Assembly: GCF_036971445.1 (NCBI RefSeq)
Contig: NC_091471.1
Span: 2,852,001-2,916,000 of the forward strand
Direction of reading: 5' to 3'
DNA from: Narcine bancroftii
Lineage: Eukaryota
DNA length: 64,000 nucleotides
Positions within the stretch are counted from its first letter, which is position 1; each line of letters starts with the position of its first letter. This document shows positions 1-12,747 of the stretch, piece by piece. The notes beneath the pieces are model-generated. The model was not told the DNA's origin. It ran no database searches and was given only the letters and a program-made list of their open reading frames with translations. The position numbers and the translations under genes were made by a program.

Positions 1-233
1 CTCACCCGAGTCGTGCTGCCGTTTCTTCCCCCTGCCCAACCTAATCACGCTGCCGTCTCTCTGTCCTCCCACCTGCCCACCAGAGTCGTGCTGCTGTCTC
101 TCTCCCACCCCCACCTAGCTGCATTGGTGTCTCTCTCTCTCTCTCTTCCTCCATTGAACCAGCACCAGGAAAAAAATGCCAGCTTTTGGAGCTTTCTGGA
201 TTTTAGATGTCTGGATAAAGGATTGTTTACCTG
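1..233 (-). mobile_element. Tc1/mariner-type MITE, partial (same family as 4062-4570, opposite orientation)
   Basis: Ends in GGATAAAGGATTGTTTACCTG followed by TA, matching the TIR of the 4062-4570 element, and carries the reverse complement of its internal GC-rich repeats. Confidence 0.7.
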
Positions 234-279
234 TACTAGGATGTTTCCTGGATGTCAGGAGCTGAGTTACAGGGAAGGG

Positions 280-1040
280 TTTGTGTCATCTGCAAACTAC
301 TGATCCAATTTACCACATTATCATCTGGATGTTGATATGGACGACAAACAACAATGGTCCCAGCACAAATCCCTGTGACACCCCACTCATCACAGGCCTC
401 CAGTCTGAGAAGCATCATCCACCACTACTCTCTGGCTTCTCCATCCAGCCATTGTGAATCCATTTCACTACTTCACCATGAATACCGAGCGTTTGAACCT
501 TCTTGACCAACCTCCCATGTGGGACCTTACTAAAGTCCATGTAGACAACATCCACAGCCTTTCCTTCATCAGCTTTCTTGATAATCTCCTCAAAAAACTC
601 TGTAAGATTGATTAAACACGACCTACCCCACACAAACCCATGTTGACTTTCCCTAATCAGTCCCTGTCTATCCAAATAATTGTACATCTAATCTCTTAGA
701 ACACCTTCTAATAATTTACCAATTACTGACGTCAGGTTTACTGATTTACTTTTGGAGCCTTTTTTAAACAACGGAACAACATGAGCTCCCCTTCAATCCT
801 CCGGCACCTCACCCGTGGCGAAGGACATTTTTAATATTTTTGCCAAAGCCCTTGCAATTTCTACACTCGCCTCCCTCGAGGTCTGAGGGAATATCTTGTC
901 AGGCCCTGGGGATTTATCCACCCTTATTTGCTTTCAGACAGCGAGCACTTCCTCCTCTTTAATCTGTACAGGTTCCATGACATCACTGCCTGTTTTCCTG
1001 ACTTCCCTTGACTCTGAGCCCATTTCCTGAGTGAACACTG
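280..1040 (-). mobile_element. CR1-clade LINE ORF2 (RT) fragment
   Basis: ORF 415-687 reads SQHGFVWGRSCLINLTEFFEE...VDVVYMDFSK, typical CR1 RT motifs; frameshifted. Confidence 0.85.
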
Positions 1041-1199
1041 ATTATACTGAGGTGGTTATAATAATGTAATAATAATTATGTAATAATTACATAACCATAC
1101 AATCAATTATCTATAATAATTAACTACATAGCATTCGAACGTCGTGTCACCACTCTGCAGACTGTGCCATGGGCAAAGTACAAAACACAAAACTAACAA

Positions 1200-2900
1200 A
1201 TTAAACTCAGTTTGTACTTATTAAAGTTCCGCCGTCTACTATAGAATCCATGAGCCAAAACATCGACCAGCAAACTTCAGACCTTCCTCAGACAGAATCG
1301 ACACAGTTTAACCCAAGGGACGTCTTCAACATGTCCTTTATCCAGCTTCTCTTAGGAAGAATTTGAACTCTTAGAACCAGATTTTGAAGATTTATCTCAT
1401 CCTCTCGATTTTAATGGATGAGCCTATTTAACCTGCGACAGATTTGCTCGTCTTTTTCTTTCCTTTCCGCAGTTGGTCATCGATAAGGTAAGATTCAAAT
1501 GACATTAGTTCTTCAGACTCATCAATAGCCCCAACATTTGTCGAATCCTTCTGTGAGGAAGTCAACGGCTTCCACTTACGGCTCCAACAGATCCCTTCAG
1601 CCACTCTGACTTCCGTTGCATTTTCCTGCAAATTCAGGTCCAATTTTGCAACTTCCCATTCAGTCTCATTTTCTGACAGTTTGCGTTGAAGCCTTTTATT
1701 AGATTCTATCTCTGCATTCAACTCTTTCGATAAGAGTGTAATTCTCTCATTACCTTTGGAGAAGGACTTGGTCTGGAATTTAAAGATCCTGTGATACATT
1801 GGTACTTCTGCTGTCAGCCCTGCTGTCATAAACTCAAAGTGTCTGACTCTCTTCATCTTGCGTTTCTGAAATGCAGGATCTCTCTCTTTCTGCAATGTTA
1901 TTAGCTGGGCCTTCAGGGTTCATTCTTGATGGTTTTCTATAGTTGTTTTGTGTTTATTAAACAATGGCTCGTTCTCTTTCAACAGACGAATCTCCTCCTC
2001 CGACCTTATATATCTTGACGAAGCTGAATCTCTTTCCTCAATAACTGTATTCATTTCTTCAGCAGATACTCTTCCCTTCCATTCTCTGGCCTCGTGAATT
2101 CTGTCTCCAATTAAATCTCTATTTTTGTCAGCTGCTCTCTGGACCTTTCCCTTGGTCACTTTCAAAACTGGAGAATCGTTGGATTCAATCTCATCCTTTT
2201 GAAATCCAGTTTTGTTTCCAAGTACAAAATTAAAAGCTTTCTGTTCACCTGTTTACATGATTACCCAACATTTCCAAGTCCTTTGTCAACATTTTGTTCT
2301 CTGAAGGCAGTTGTGCTAAATTGCCAGTCACATGCTCCTTTATTCCATCAGTGCAATTTTCTGCGTTTGCCAGTTTTGTGGCATGTTGGGAGATTTCTTC
2401 ATTGACCTCATCTGTTGTAACCTCTGGGCTACAGAAGCTACTTTCAGATTTGTTTTCAGTCATTTGTTTCAGTCCTTCCTCAGAGTCAATTACTCAGCAA
2501 TAATTACCAGTAGTATTTGCAACATCTTCTAATACTTCATTTTCATCTATGGTTGATGAAAATAATTCCTTCAATATTGTTTTAGATGCCCTTGATTTAT
2601 TTTCACATCGATCTGTTTTCTTAAGTGAATTTCTTATTTACAGTCTTTTGCTGTTCCCATAACTCATCCTGTCTCATGACCAAAATCCTGTTGACTTTTC
2701 TGTCCAAGGGAGTTATTATTGGTGTTCGAGTCCATGCTCAGGGAGGATTTGTCCATGTATATTCATGCCTTCTGACCATAGTACACAAGGTTCTGTGTTA
2801 GCATCAAATGCTCTCATTTCATTTGATGACTTCTTACCATCTGACCTGAGATGAACAACAGATCCTTTTAAACTTGCCAGTACCTTCACTTCTCAGTAAC
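1200..2900 (-). pseudogene. Decayed coding-like sequence, E/K-rich coiled-coil plus acidic low-complexity region
   Basis: Consecutive same-strand ORFs (2245-2463, 1920-2165, 1428-1895) have coiled-coil composition (LLSKELNAEIESNKRLQRKLSENE) and are broken by stops and frameshifts. No TE motif recognised. Confidence 0.45.
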
Positions 2901-2916
2901 AAGTCTTGATCTCAGT

Positions 2917-3610
2917 AAAAAACACAAAATGCTGGAGATGCTCAGCAGGTCAAACTGTGTCCTTTATGTCGCAAAGGCAGAGTTACAGAACCGACGTTTC
3001 AGGCTTGAGCCCTTCATCAAAGTATGAGAAAATGTCAGCAGGCGTCCAAACAAAACAGTAGGAGTGGGGAAGGGGGGTGGCAAAGGCAGGGCGGGGGGGG
3101 GGGGGATGCTGGGAAAAGTGGGGAGGGGAAAGAAAAGGCAAGCAGGTTTAATGGGAAGCAATAAAGTCAATGTTCTTGCCATGTGGCTGGAGATGGGCCA
3201 GATGGAAAATAAGGTGTTGATTAGGGTGGTCAGGGAGGGACAGTACTTAAGGCCATAGACAAACGTGAGCGTGGGTGTGTGACCCAGAATTGAAATGTTT
3301 GGCCACTGGGAGGTCGCTGTGGTTGTGGACGGAGCGGAGGGGCTGAGTGGAGCGATCCCACAACCTGTGACCAGTCTCTCTGATAAAGAGAAGGCCACAA
3401 AGGGAGCACTGGATGCAGTAAATCAGTCCTCTGGATGTACAGGTGGTTCACGTGAAAGGCCTGTTTAGGGACCTGGACCATGGTGAAGGAGGAGGTGTGG
3501 GCACAAGGGCTGCTTCACGTGAAAGGCCTGTTTGGGGCCCTGGACCGTGGTGAGGGAGGAGGTGTGGGCACAAGAGCTGCTTCACATAAAAGGCCTGTTT
3601 GGGGCCCTTG
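2917..3610 (-). mobile_element. Penelope-like element fragment (GIY-YIG endonuclease end)
   Basis: Minus strand decodes across frameshifts to a GIY-YIG-like LIYCIQCSLCGLL...ETG.RL...LPVAKHFNS segment, next to the ACACAAAATGCTGGAG...CTCAGCAGGTCA terminus seen in other copies in the window. Confidence 0.7.
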
Positions 3611-4061
3611 ATCTCAGTTCCGTCAAGTGCATCTTGTGCCTGAAGAGAGGCCAACTCAGCCTGATCCTTCATAGGTTGAGATGAAGTACTTGAAGCGTAG
3701 GAAGCCCCAGAGCCTACTTTGGAACATCTTTTGCTCCTCCTGCTTCCTGGTTCAAGAAATGCACGTGAACGAACGAGCATTCCCGCTCTTGGCCTTAATT
3801 TGTATAGGCACTATCGAGAGTTTGCCGTTATCCTTACCGGCCCTAGTAATCATAGGGTATGGCAGCCACGGTGTGTCCCATGTTTTTTTTTTGGAAAATT
3901 TTATTTATCATTTGCATCAATACAAAGTATAAATTCAATAATAAAGTAAACTTAATAAGTCATTCAAAATTATACAAAAAATGTTTTATTTTTCTCCCAA
4001 ATCTTCCTCCCCCCAAAAGAAAGAAAAAGAATGAACACCTAATTCTACATATATATACACA

Positions 4062-4570
4062 CAGGTACACAATCCTCTATCTGGACATCTAAAATCCGGA
4101 AGGCTCCAAAAACCGGCAAGTGGGGAGAGAGACAGCAGCACGAGTTGGGCGGGCGAAGGGGAGATACTGGCAGCGCGAGTTGGGCGGGCGAGGGGGGGAG
4201 CCGAGTTGGGCGGGCAAGAGAAGGATACCGGAAGTGCGAGTCGGGCGGGCGAGGGGGAGATACCGGCAGCGTGATTCAGGCGGGCGAGGGGGGAGACTGG
4301 CAGCACAAGTTGGGTGGGTGAGGGAGGGAGACCAGCAGCGCGAGTCAGGCAGGCGAGGGCGAGAGACCGGCAGTGCAAGTCAGGCGGGCAAGTGGGGGAG
4401 ATCAGCAACGTGAGTCAGGCGGGCGAGACTGCAGCGCGACTGGAAGGGGGTGGGGGTAGATATGGCAGCACAATTCAGGTGGGTTTAAATCTGGCTTTCC
4501 GGAATCCAGAAAATGCAAAATTTGGAACACACCGTCCCCCAAGGGTTCTGGATAAAGGATTGTGTACCTG
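4062..4570 (+). mobile_element. Tc1/mariner-type MITE with internal ~40-bp GC-rich tandem repeats
   Basis: TIRs CAGGTACACAATCCTCTATC ... GATAAAGGATTGTGTACCTG; TA at the right flank (CA at the left); internal GCAGCGCGAGTYGGGCGGGCGAGGGGGAGA repeats. Confidence 0.8.
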
Positions 4571-4574
4571 TAAT

Positions 4575-4920
4575 ATTATTAATTATTTTTTATAGTTTCT
4601 AACTGAGAGAGGTGGGTAAAGGGGGAAGATGTGGATGGAGTTTTATTCATAAAATCCATATACGGTTCCCAAATTTTATAGAAGTTTCCAATTCAATTCC
4701 TTAAACTATATGTAATTTTATCTAAAGGGATACAGTTTTGCATTTCAATCTGCCATCTGTCTATTTGAACCAAACTCTCAGTTTTCCACATTTCTTTGCA
4801 GTCGTTACTGCTGTATTAAAAAATTTTTCTTGATATTTATCCAATTTCAGTTTTATATCTTTTTCATATATATTCTCAAGTGAAATATTCTTGGATCTTT
4901 TTGTATCTTTAACTTCATAA
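4575..4920 (-). mobile_element. L1-like LINE 3' fragment
   Basis: AT-rich and resembles the 3' part of the L1-like fragment at 10720-11570 (TATGTAATTTT.TCTAA.GG.ATACAG). Confidence 0.55.
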
Positions 4921-5689
4921 AGTGTGTGCCACAGAGCAGTGCTCCCGGTCCTGGCCACCTCTGCTGGCCGTACTGCAGGGGCCCTCCGAAAGACAGTGGC
5001 CGGCCAAGCTGGGAGCTGAGTCACGGCTGCCGCTGTCCCAGGGAGTGGCCAGGCGGTGCCCAGGAAGTGGTGTGGTGGGGGGGGGGGGGGGGGGGGGCGG
5101 AAACTGCACGATAGGCATTCCCATTTCCCTGGTAGAGTGGTTCCAGCTGCGTGGGGGATTATGGGTGGCGAAGGTGGCCATTGATCCCACATTGAGCTGT
5201 TGTCCTGAGCGGGCCCGATGAGGTGCCGGAGCGCCATTCCAGCAGCACTGCACCCTGCATGTAAACTTTTGCATTAAAAAAAGTTTAGTGGTTGCTTCAG
5301 CCAGAGTAACAAATATTTGAAGCAATTATTCTATATTGACAATAAAACAACTTTTGATTTGTTCACGTTTGCGAACACTCTCGGGGCTCTCACCCTGTAC
5401 ATTTTACCTGTGGACAGTACGTCCAGGGATGTTGGTTGAGGACAAAAACTGTTTTGCTAATTGTTGACTTTTTTCCTGGCTGCCCAATAGCTGAGCATGT
5501 GGTGGCCCGCAATTGCGGAGATTGGGTTGGCACATCGCGTGGCAGCAGACACGGACAGAAATCGCTAAAGTGACTTGCAGGACAACGAACCAGCAGGGGT
5601 AGAAGCTGGGGCAGCATCAGACCAACAGTCCTAAAATGGCGTTGGTCAAGCTGCCCAGCAGAAACAGGCTGGGGAAGAAGGGCATTCAT

Positions 5690-5849
5690 ATGCATGGATG
5701 TTCCCGCCCACGATTGTTATTCACATGGATGACTCAGCCAATCAGCAAAAACGGCGGGAACTTGAACAGTATAAAAGCTGCTATTCCAGCCCTAATAATG
5801 GAGTGAGCTTAACCTGCCACACTGAGTTTCTTTGTAGCAGTCGGCTACA
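5690..5849 (+). mobile_element. LTR-like fragment
   Basis: TGACTCA, CCAAT and TATAAAA motifs in order, ending in ...GGCTACA; the 5' end is not resolved. Confidence 0.45.
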
Positions 5850-6665
5850 AATACATAATTTCTTAAACTAGGGCCAATTCACTGGGGTTAATCTGCGGGA
5901 GTGAGCCTTTTGAATTGAATAATTTTGATGTCTCGTTTCCAAGCTTGAAGTTCCCCACCCCAACAACCATCATTTCTCTTCTCTCCCTCCCTCCCCCTCT
6001 CCCCCTAGGTTTACAAGACCACTGGCCAACATGCTGCCTGAAATTAAAAAAGTAATTTGAGACTTGATGCATTTAAACAGGGGTACGAATTGTAACAGAT
6101 AGTGAGCATGAAGGAAACGTAGAACAGCTTTTTCTGCTGTTGGTCAGACTGCAAGCAGTATGGCAGAGGCTCGGACCTGTAGAAATCCCCATGTAGGTGG
6201 TCCAGCTCACACAATCCCCTAATTTAAGGGGCTCTCCTTTGCCTTTCAAAGCCCTCTCTTTTTTTCTCCTAATTGAAGCGATGGACGTATTGTAGACGAC
6301 AAGCTGTAACAATAAACTCCATGGCAATTGCCTGCACTATCATGGCAAACAGATAAACGGAATGGCAGCGTTGTCCAGGGAAGTGTACGCTCCTCATTAA
6401 AGGCCATTTTATTCCTTTCAGCGGTTTTGGCCGACATAAGAAGGAATACACATGGGGCCAATCTTCAAAACCAGCCCAATTGTGCGTGGAATTTGCCCAA
6501 CTGCCAACTTTATTTCCGATTTTTTAAATGGGGAGGGCGCGATTTCAGTGCTTGCCATAGGCGCTATTTTACCTAGATGTACCACTGCCAGTAGGACCGC
6601 TCGTCCGAACCGAGGCTGGATTTACTTCTAGCTGCCCGGAAGTCTGACCCCTTTTCAAATTCAAA

Positions 6666-7178
6666 TCATACATTTTCTTCCCTTTCATCCTCCTCGCCGA
6701 CTGTGTTAGCCATTTCCACGGCGCTGACTCTAGATTCAGCTGACATCACCTGTGGTGCCTTCACGGAGCCTTTACTCTCATCAACCGAATGTGCTTCTTC
6801 TTTAATTGCCAGCTTCAGTCTGGTGGCGAGAGCATCTTTGTCACCTGTTGCATCCAGTCCCCGTCGCTCCAGTTCTTTCTTAAGATCTGCATCCTTCTAG
6901 GTTTCACTAAACTGCTCCTCAACAGCCACGCCAGTTGCCCATCTTGTTCCATTATCCTTCGACCTTGGGCCCCAAGCACGCACAATATGAGCCAATTCTA
7001 GTGGCAACGAATCCAAACTATGTTCCAAACTTTCCCCAAATGCACAGAAGGTGCTGCTGTTAGCAAGCATGTTTTCATCGTGACAGCCGTCTACAACATC
7101 ACTAATCTCTAAGAAATGGCTTGACCAACCTGTCAACAAAATCCTCTTCTCACAGATTAGAAGTTTTGAACAGGCCAC
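6666..7178 (-). pseudogene. SAP-domain-containing coding fragment with an in-frame stop
   Basis: The frame of ORF 6897-7178 continues past a TAG (6897-6899) into KDADLKKELERRGLDATGDKDALATRLKLAIKEE, which fits the SAP pattern, and stays open to a TGA at 6666-6668. Confidence 0.65.
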
Positions 7179-7544
7179 GACTCAGGCTGATGGATATGGA
7201 TTACAAACTGCAAAGTAACTCCACATTTCTAAGATGGTCGCCATATTGGTTTCAATACAATTCGATTTTCCCCTTACAGCAGCCCACTGTTCCACTAAAG
7301 GAGTTAATTTCTGTCAGCTAATGCAGCGATTTTCTTCCAATAAAATAGAGTCGCTTGGAGGCTAAGTTAGGCATTTGTCTGCAAGGCGTTTCTTGCATAA
7401 ATCAGTAACGAAACCCAGTTGAATTTTCTCAGTCTTTTTAATGAACACAAAAGGGCTAAAAATACCAATCAATCTTTAACAGTAACTTTCCGTTCTGACG
7501 TCCCTACAACATTCTATTTAATGGTCCATTGTAGTATCAGCTGA

Positions 7545-8165
7545 TGTCAGCGCTACCGAAATGAGAGACGTCCACACAGCACAGTAACAACATTATTTTG
7601 AATTCCTCGCGGTGCTCGAGGAGACCGCCCACTTCCTGTGAGGGGCACGCTGGCCTTAGGAAGTGGCGTCAGCGTGTCGTAGCTCCACTCCCTGTCCAGC
7701 GGCACGCAACACAGAAGCAGCACCGTCCCCGGGCAACACGTGTCGTCAACTATGGGCTTCCCCTCGGAAGGGAAGGGGGCCAACGCCATCTTGTTTTGGA
7801 CGACTGGGACAGTGATGCGGCCCGTCCAACCGTGTGGTCGCTCGGCCCGTTACACCACCCCAGAATCGCTGCAATCCTTTAAACAAATTACTGTACTCAC
7901 TTTGGGCGGGTGGCCTCTGTGTCTGACCTGGGGATCTAGATGTGCTGCCTTGAGGCAGTCAATGGTAAACCTGTCCTGCCGCCTGCCAATGTCCAAGGAG
8001 AAAACGACACTGTCGCACTGCAACACCTTGAATGGACCTTCGTAGGGGCATTGTTGAGGTGTCCCTTGCTGTCCTTTCTGAATTAAAATGAACTTGATGG
8101 ACTGCAGGTTCGCTGGGATGTGACAAGGTGGACAGCCATTTTGGGAAGATGGCGGAGGTTTCTGT
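7545..8165 (-). mobile_element. Gypsy LTR retrotransposon 3' remnant (LTR 7545-7854, PPT, integrase C-terminus)
   Basis: TGT...ACA-bounded 310-bp LTR; purine tract CTGGGGTGG abuts it on the minus strand; upstream GPY/F motif PYEGPFKVL. Confidence 0.75.
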
Positions 8166-9059
8166 TTACCCGTTTAACCACGTGTTCGCTCAGCTCACTA
8201 TACCATGTACAATAAACTGTAATTTCATGTAGCATAGCGGTCGACAGAAATTATCGCTGCCTAACTCACCCTCTTCGGATCACCAACTGACGACACAGGC
8301 TGGGGAACCTATATTTAACATGCGCAAAACTGCCTGTGCATGCTCCGTTGGTGGATGCGCCGGCCCTGTCTCCAAACGCTCGCTGCTGGGGCTGAGCCAA
8401 GCACAAATGCATCAGCACCCTCCACAGCACATGCCTACTGGCGGACACACAAGCTCCAGCTGAAGCCGCCATTGCTGGGGCTGAGCCAAACATGCGTGCG
8501 TCAGCATGCACCATAGCGCATGGGTACCGGCAGACACACCAGCCCTGGCTGACACCACTGTCTCTGGGGCTGAGCCAACCGTGCATGCACTGCCACGCTC
8601 CAGCTCCGTAAATGGTGCCGGCTCTCACACTTGGAGCCAATGGGAAGAGGTCTATGGACCCCGGGACACCGCCGGCGCTGCCAAAACAGCAGGTAAATGA
8701 CGAGCCTTTGGGTCTATCGGGTCTAAAGCAACGGGAGCCCAGAGCATTGAGCTGCCTGTCCTGCCCCTCCTGTTACCAAATTTCAACAAATGGCCACAAT
8801 GTCATAATTCCACAAGCCAATCCACACTCTAAGCTCATCTGCCTTTCCTGATACTCCTTGGATTGAAATAGATGCGCCTGAGAACACTTCCACCACGTAC
8901 AACCCGTTAACTTTGAACGGTGCATGTAATTTTCACCTCCTCCTTTTCCTCCTCCACTTCTCTACCTGCTCTGGTTCCCCTCCCCCTACAAAACTAGTTT
9001 AAACCCACTGGAGCAGCACCATCAAACCTTCCCACAAGGATATTAATCCCCCCCCCCCA

Positions 9060-10720
9060 TTTGAATCCCATTTTCCATTTTTCAAATGGAAAAATGTCAC
9101 CGTTGTGGCTGGCGAGCGAAGTCAAAGCCAACGTCAAAGCAAAAGAATACAAGGAAGCTGAAATTAGTGGGAAGGTTGAGGATTGAAGGTTGAAATGTTT
9201 AAAAACTTGCAGGAAACAATGAAAACACTCACAGGATGGGAAAAGTTGAAGAATGTTAAGTTGGTCAGCAAATAATATCAAAACTTCTTCAAGTCTATAA
9301 AGAGTTAAAGGTTAAAAGAGAGGTGAGAGTAGATAGAGGACCAATAGAAAATGATGCTGTGGAAATAATGGGAGACAAGGAGATGGCAGAGGAACTAAAT
9401 GAGTATTTTGCATCAGTCCTCATTGTGGAAGACATTGGCAGGGTGCCAGATGTCGAAGGGGATTGAGGAAGGGACGTGAATGGTAGAAGGTGAAGTCTCC
9501 AGGACCAGATGGATGGCACCCTCAGGTTCTGAAAGAGGCAGCAGTAGAGATTGTGGAGGCTTTGGTAATGATCTGTCAGGAATCAATAGATTCTGATCTG
9601 GTCCCGTAGGACTGGAAAATTGCAAACTTCACCTCCAATATTCAAGAAGGTGGGGGGAGGCAGTAGAAAGGAAACTCTAGACGTTAGCAGGAGATGTTGA
9701 AGTTGATGGTCAAGGATAAGGTTACGGAGAACTTGGGGGCACATGACAGGATAGGCTAAAGCCAGAAGGGTTTCCAATTGGAATTCTTTGAGGAGGTGAA
9801 TGGATGTTGTGCATTTGGATTTTCAGAAAGCCTTTGACAAGGTGCCGCACCTGAGGTTACTTTCAAGTAAGCCCATGGTATAACAAGAAACATACTAGCA
9901 TGGTTGGCAGGAAGCAGAGAGTTTGAGTAAAGGGATCATATTCTGATTGGCTGCCAGTGCTAGTGGGGATCCACAGAGGGTCAGTGTTGGGGCCACTTCT
10001 TTTTATGTTGTATATGAATGATTTAGACTGTGGAATGAATGGTTTTGTGGCCAAGTTTGCAGATGATAGGAAGGTGGGTGGAGGAGCAGGGAGTGTAGAG
10101 AAATCATGGAGGCTGCAGAAGGATGTGGACAGATGAGGAAAATGGGCAGGGAAGTGGTGAATGAAATATAATGTTGGAGAGTGTATGGTCACGCACTTTG
10201 GTAGAAAAACTAAACAGGCAGATTATTTTCTAAATGGGGAGAAAATAGAAAGTCCCCAGATGCAAAGGGGCCTGGGAGTCCACGTGCAGGATGGCCTGAA
10301 GGTAAACCTGCAGGTTGAGACGCTGGTGAAGAAGGCGAATGTGATGCTGGTGTTCATTTCAAGAGGAGGGATGTGATGTTGAGGCTTTAGAAGGCACTGG
10401 TGAGATCTCACTTGGAATTTTGTGAGTATTTAAGACATTGGAGTGTTCAAGGTACAGTGGGTTCACTAGGATGATTCTGGGAAATAAAGGCTTATCATTT
10501 AACAGCTCTTGGCCTGTACTCGTTGGGATTTAGGAGAATGAGGGGGTTCTCACTGAAACATTTTGAATGTTAAAAGGCGTGGACAGAGTAGACATGGAAA
10601 GGTTGTTTCCCACGGTGGGAGAGTCTAGGACAAGAGGGCACAAGTTCAGGATTGAAGGGCATCTGCTTAGAACAGAGATGTGGAGGAATTTCTTCAGCCA
10701 GGAGGTGGTGAATCCATGGA
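9060..10720 (+). mobile_element. CR1-clade LINE, decayed
   Basis: RT motifs (DFQKAFDKVPH, GSVLGPLLF, KFADD) spread across frameshifts, plus a CR1-type C-terminus. Confidence 0.85.
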
Positions 10721-12745
10721 AATTTGAAAAATATATATTTTATTTAAAATCACATAACATTAATTGCTACATATTGATGCAGACATAATGTGTTTAGTCA
10801 TTTATATATAAAAAAACCCCAACCACTTAATACCCTCCCTATTCCCTTCCCCACCTACAAGGAAAGAAAAAGGAGATCATCATCTACTACAATCACACTT
10901 GGGTGCAGGAACAGTGGCACCCGTCGGAATGGACTGAGAGATCAAATTCTAACACCAATAGTTTTCAAATAAGGGCTCCAAACTTTAGTAAATAAAAAAT
11001 ATTTATCTCTTAAATTATATGTAATTTTTTCTAAAGGAATACAGCCTTTCATTTCATTATGCCATCTTTTCATCCCTAAATCCGAGTCCGGTTTCCATGT
11101 AATAGCTAAACACTTCTTAGAAACGGCCAGAGGCCAACGTAAACATTGAATTTGGTACATGGTCAATCTCAATCTTAAAGCGATCGACTTAATATCTCCT
11201 CATAAAAACAACAGTGGGTAAAAACGTAAATTCACTTTTAATATCCGTTCCAAAAACGATTTAATTTGTAACCAAAAACTTTTAACCTTAGGACAGGCCC
11301 ACGTTGAATGAAAAAAAGTAACTACTTCTTGGCCACACCTAAAACATAAATCTGAAGAACTAAGTTGAAAATTTTTCAATTTATGCGGAGTCAAATAAAA
11401 TTGGTGTAAAAAGTTACATCGCATCAACCTGTAACATACATTTATTACCTTAGTCACACTGTTGTTACCCACCCAGATTTCTCCAAACATTTCCATCAAT
11501 CTTTCTATCTAAATCCGATTCCCGTTTCATTCTTGATCGATGAACATCTGGTTTAAGCATTTTATTTTGTAACAGCTTCTTTGGCTTGGCTTCGCGGACA
11601 AAGATTTATGGAGGGGGTAAATGTCCACGTCAGCTGCAGGCTCGTTTGTGGCTGACAAGTCCGATGCGGGACAGGCAGACACGGTTGCAGCGGTTGCAAG
11701 GGAAAATTGGTTGGTTGGGGTTGGGTGTTGGGTTTTTCCTCCTTTGTCTTTTGTCAGTGAGGTGGGCTCTTCGGTCTTCTTCAAAGGAGGTTGCTGCCTG
11801 CCGAACTGTGAGGCGCCAAGATGCACGGTTGGGGGCGATATCAGCCCACTGGCGGTGGTCAATGTGGCAGGCACCAAGAGATTTCTTTAGGCAGTCCTTG
11901 TTCCTCTTCTTTGGTGCACCTCTGTCTCGGTGGCCAGTGGAGAGCTCGCCATAGAACACGATCTTGGGAAGGCCCTGAATCATGGGTCCTCTACTGGCAT
12001 CACCTACGGCTCCTAGAATGCTTCCATCAGCGCTGTCTCCGCTCCATCCTCAACATTCATTGGAATGACTTCATCACCAACATCAAAATACTTGAGCAGG
12101 CAGAGTCTGCAAGCATCGAATCCATGCTGCTGAAGACACAACTGCACTGGGTGGGTCACGTCTCCAGAATGGAGGACCATCGCCTTCCCAAGATCGTGTA
12201 ACAGCTTATACATCTCAGAAATACATTTCTTTGAGTCGTCTTTAGTAAGTAATAATTCTAAAGAAGATTGTCTAAATAATTTTAAACTATAACCCAGTTT
12301 TTCTGATAATTTTTAAAAACATAGTAATTAAAAATTGTATTTGAAAGGATTTTAAACTTGTCTTAAAAGTCAAAAATTTCCCTGCTTAATTATACGGAAA
12401 TTTTTATGGAAAGGAAAAATGATTAGGTTATCTTTGGAAAAACTGAAATTTATTAATACAACAAAATCTTCTGTTTGGGGTAAAATAGAGTTGGACAAAA
12501 TTGATGACAAATCTATGTAAGAATTTATTTATAAATGGAATTCAAAATTATTAATTGGTGCAGACCCATGAATTTTAAAACATTTAATTGAATTATGGAA
12601 TAAAACTGATTATCAGACAGGTGGGAAAAGGAAAATCTCAATGAAAACACCTTTATATCAGAAAAAACTTTCCTTTTACTGTGAATAATCAGTTTTTGAA
12701 AGCTTGGAACCAAATGGGAATTTAAAAAATTGAAGATTGCTTTGA
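10720..12745 (-). mobile_element. L1/Tx1-like LINE 3' fragment, interrupted by an RTE insertion
   Basis: ORF 11200-11499 has the ORF2 C-terminal CFRC...FFHSTWAC zinc knuckle. Confidence 0.75.
11579..12196 (-). mobile_element. RTE-clade LINE, 5'-truncated with 5' inversion, 11-bp TSD
   Basis: C-terminal CNRCNRVCLSRIGLVSHKRAC; TSD TGTAACAGCTT at 11568-11578 and 12197-12207; the segment ~11974-12196 is inverted. Confidence 0.9.
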
Positions 12746-12747
12746 AA

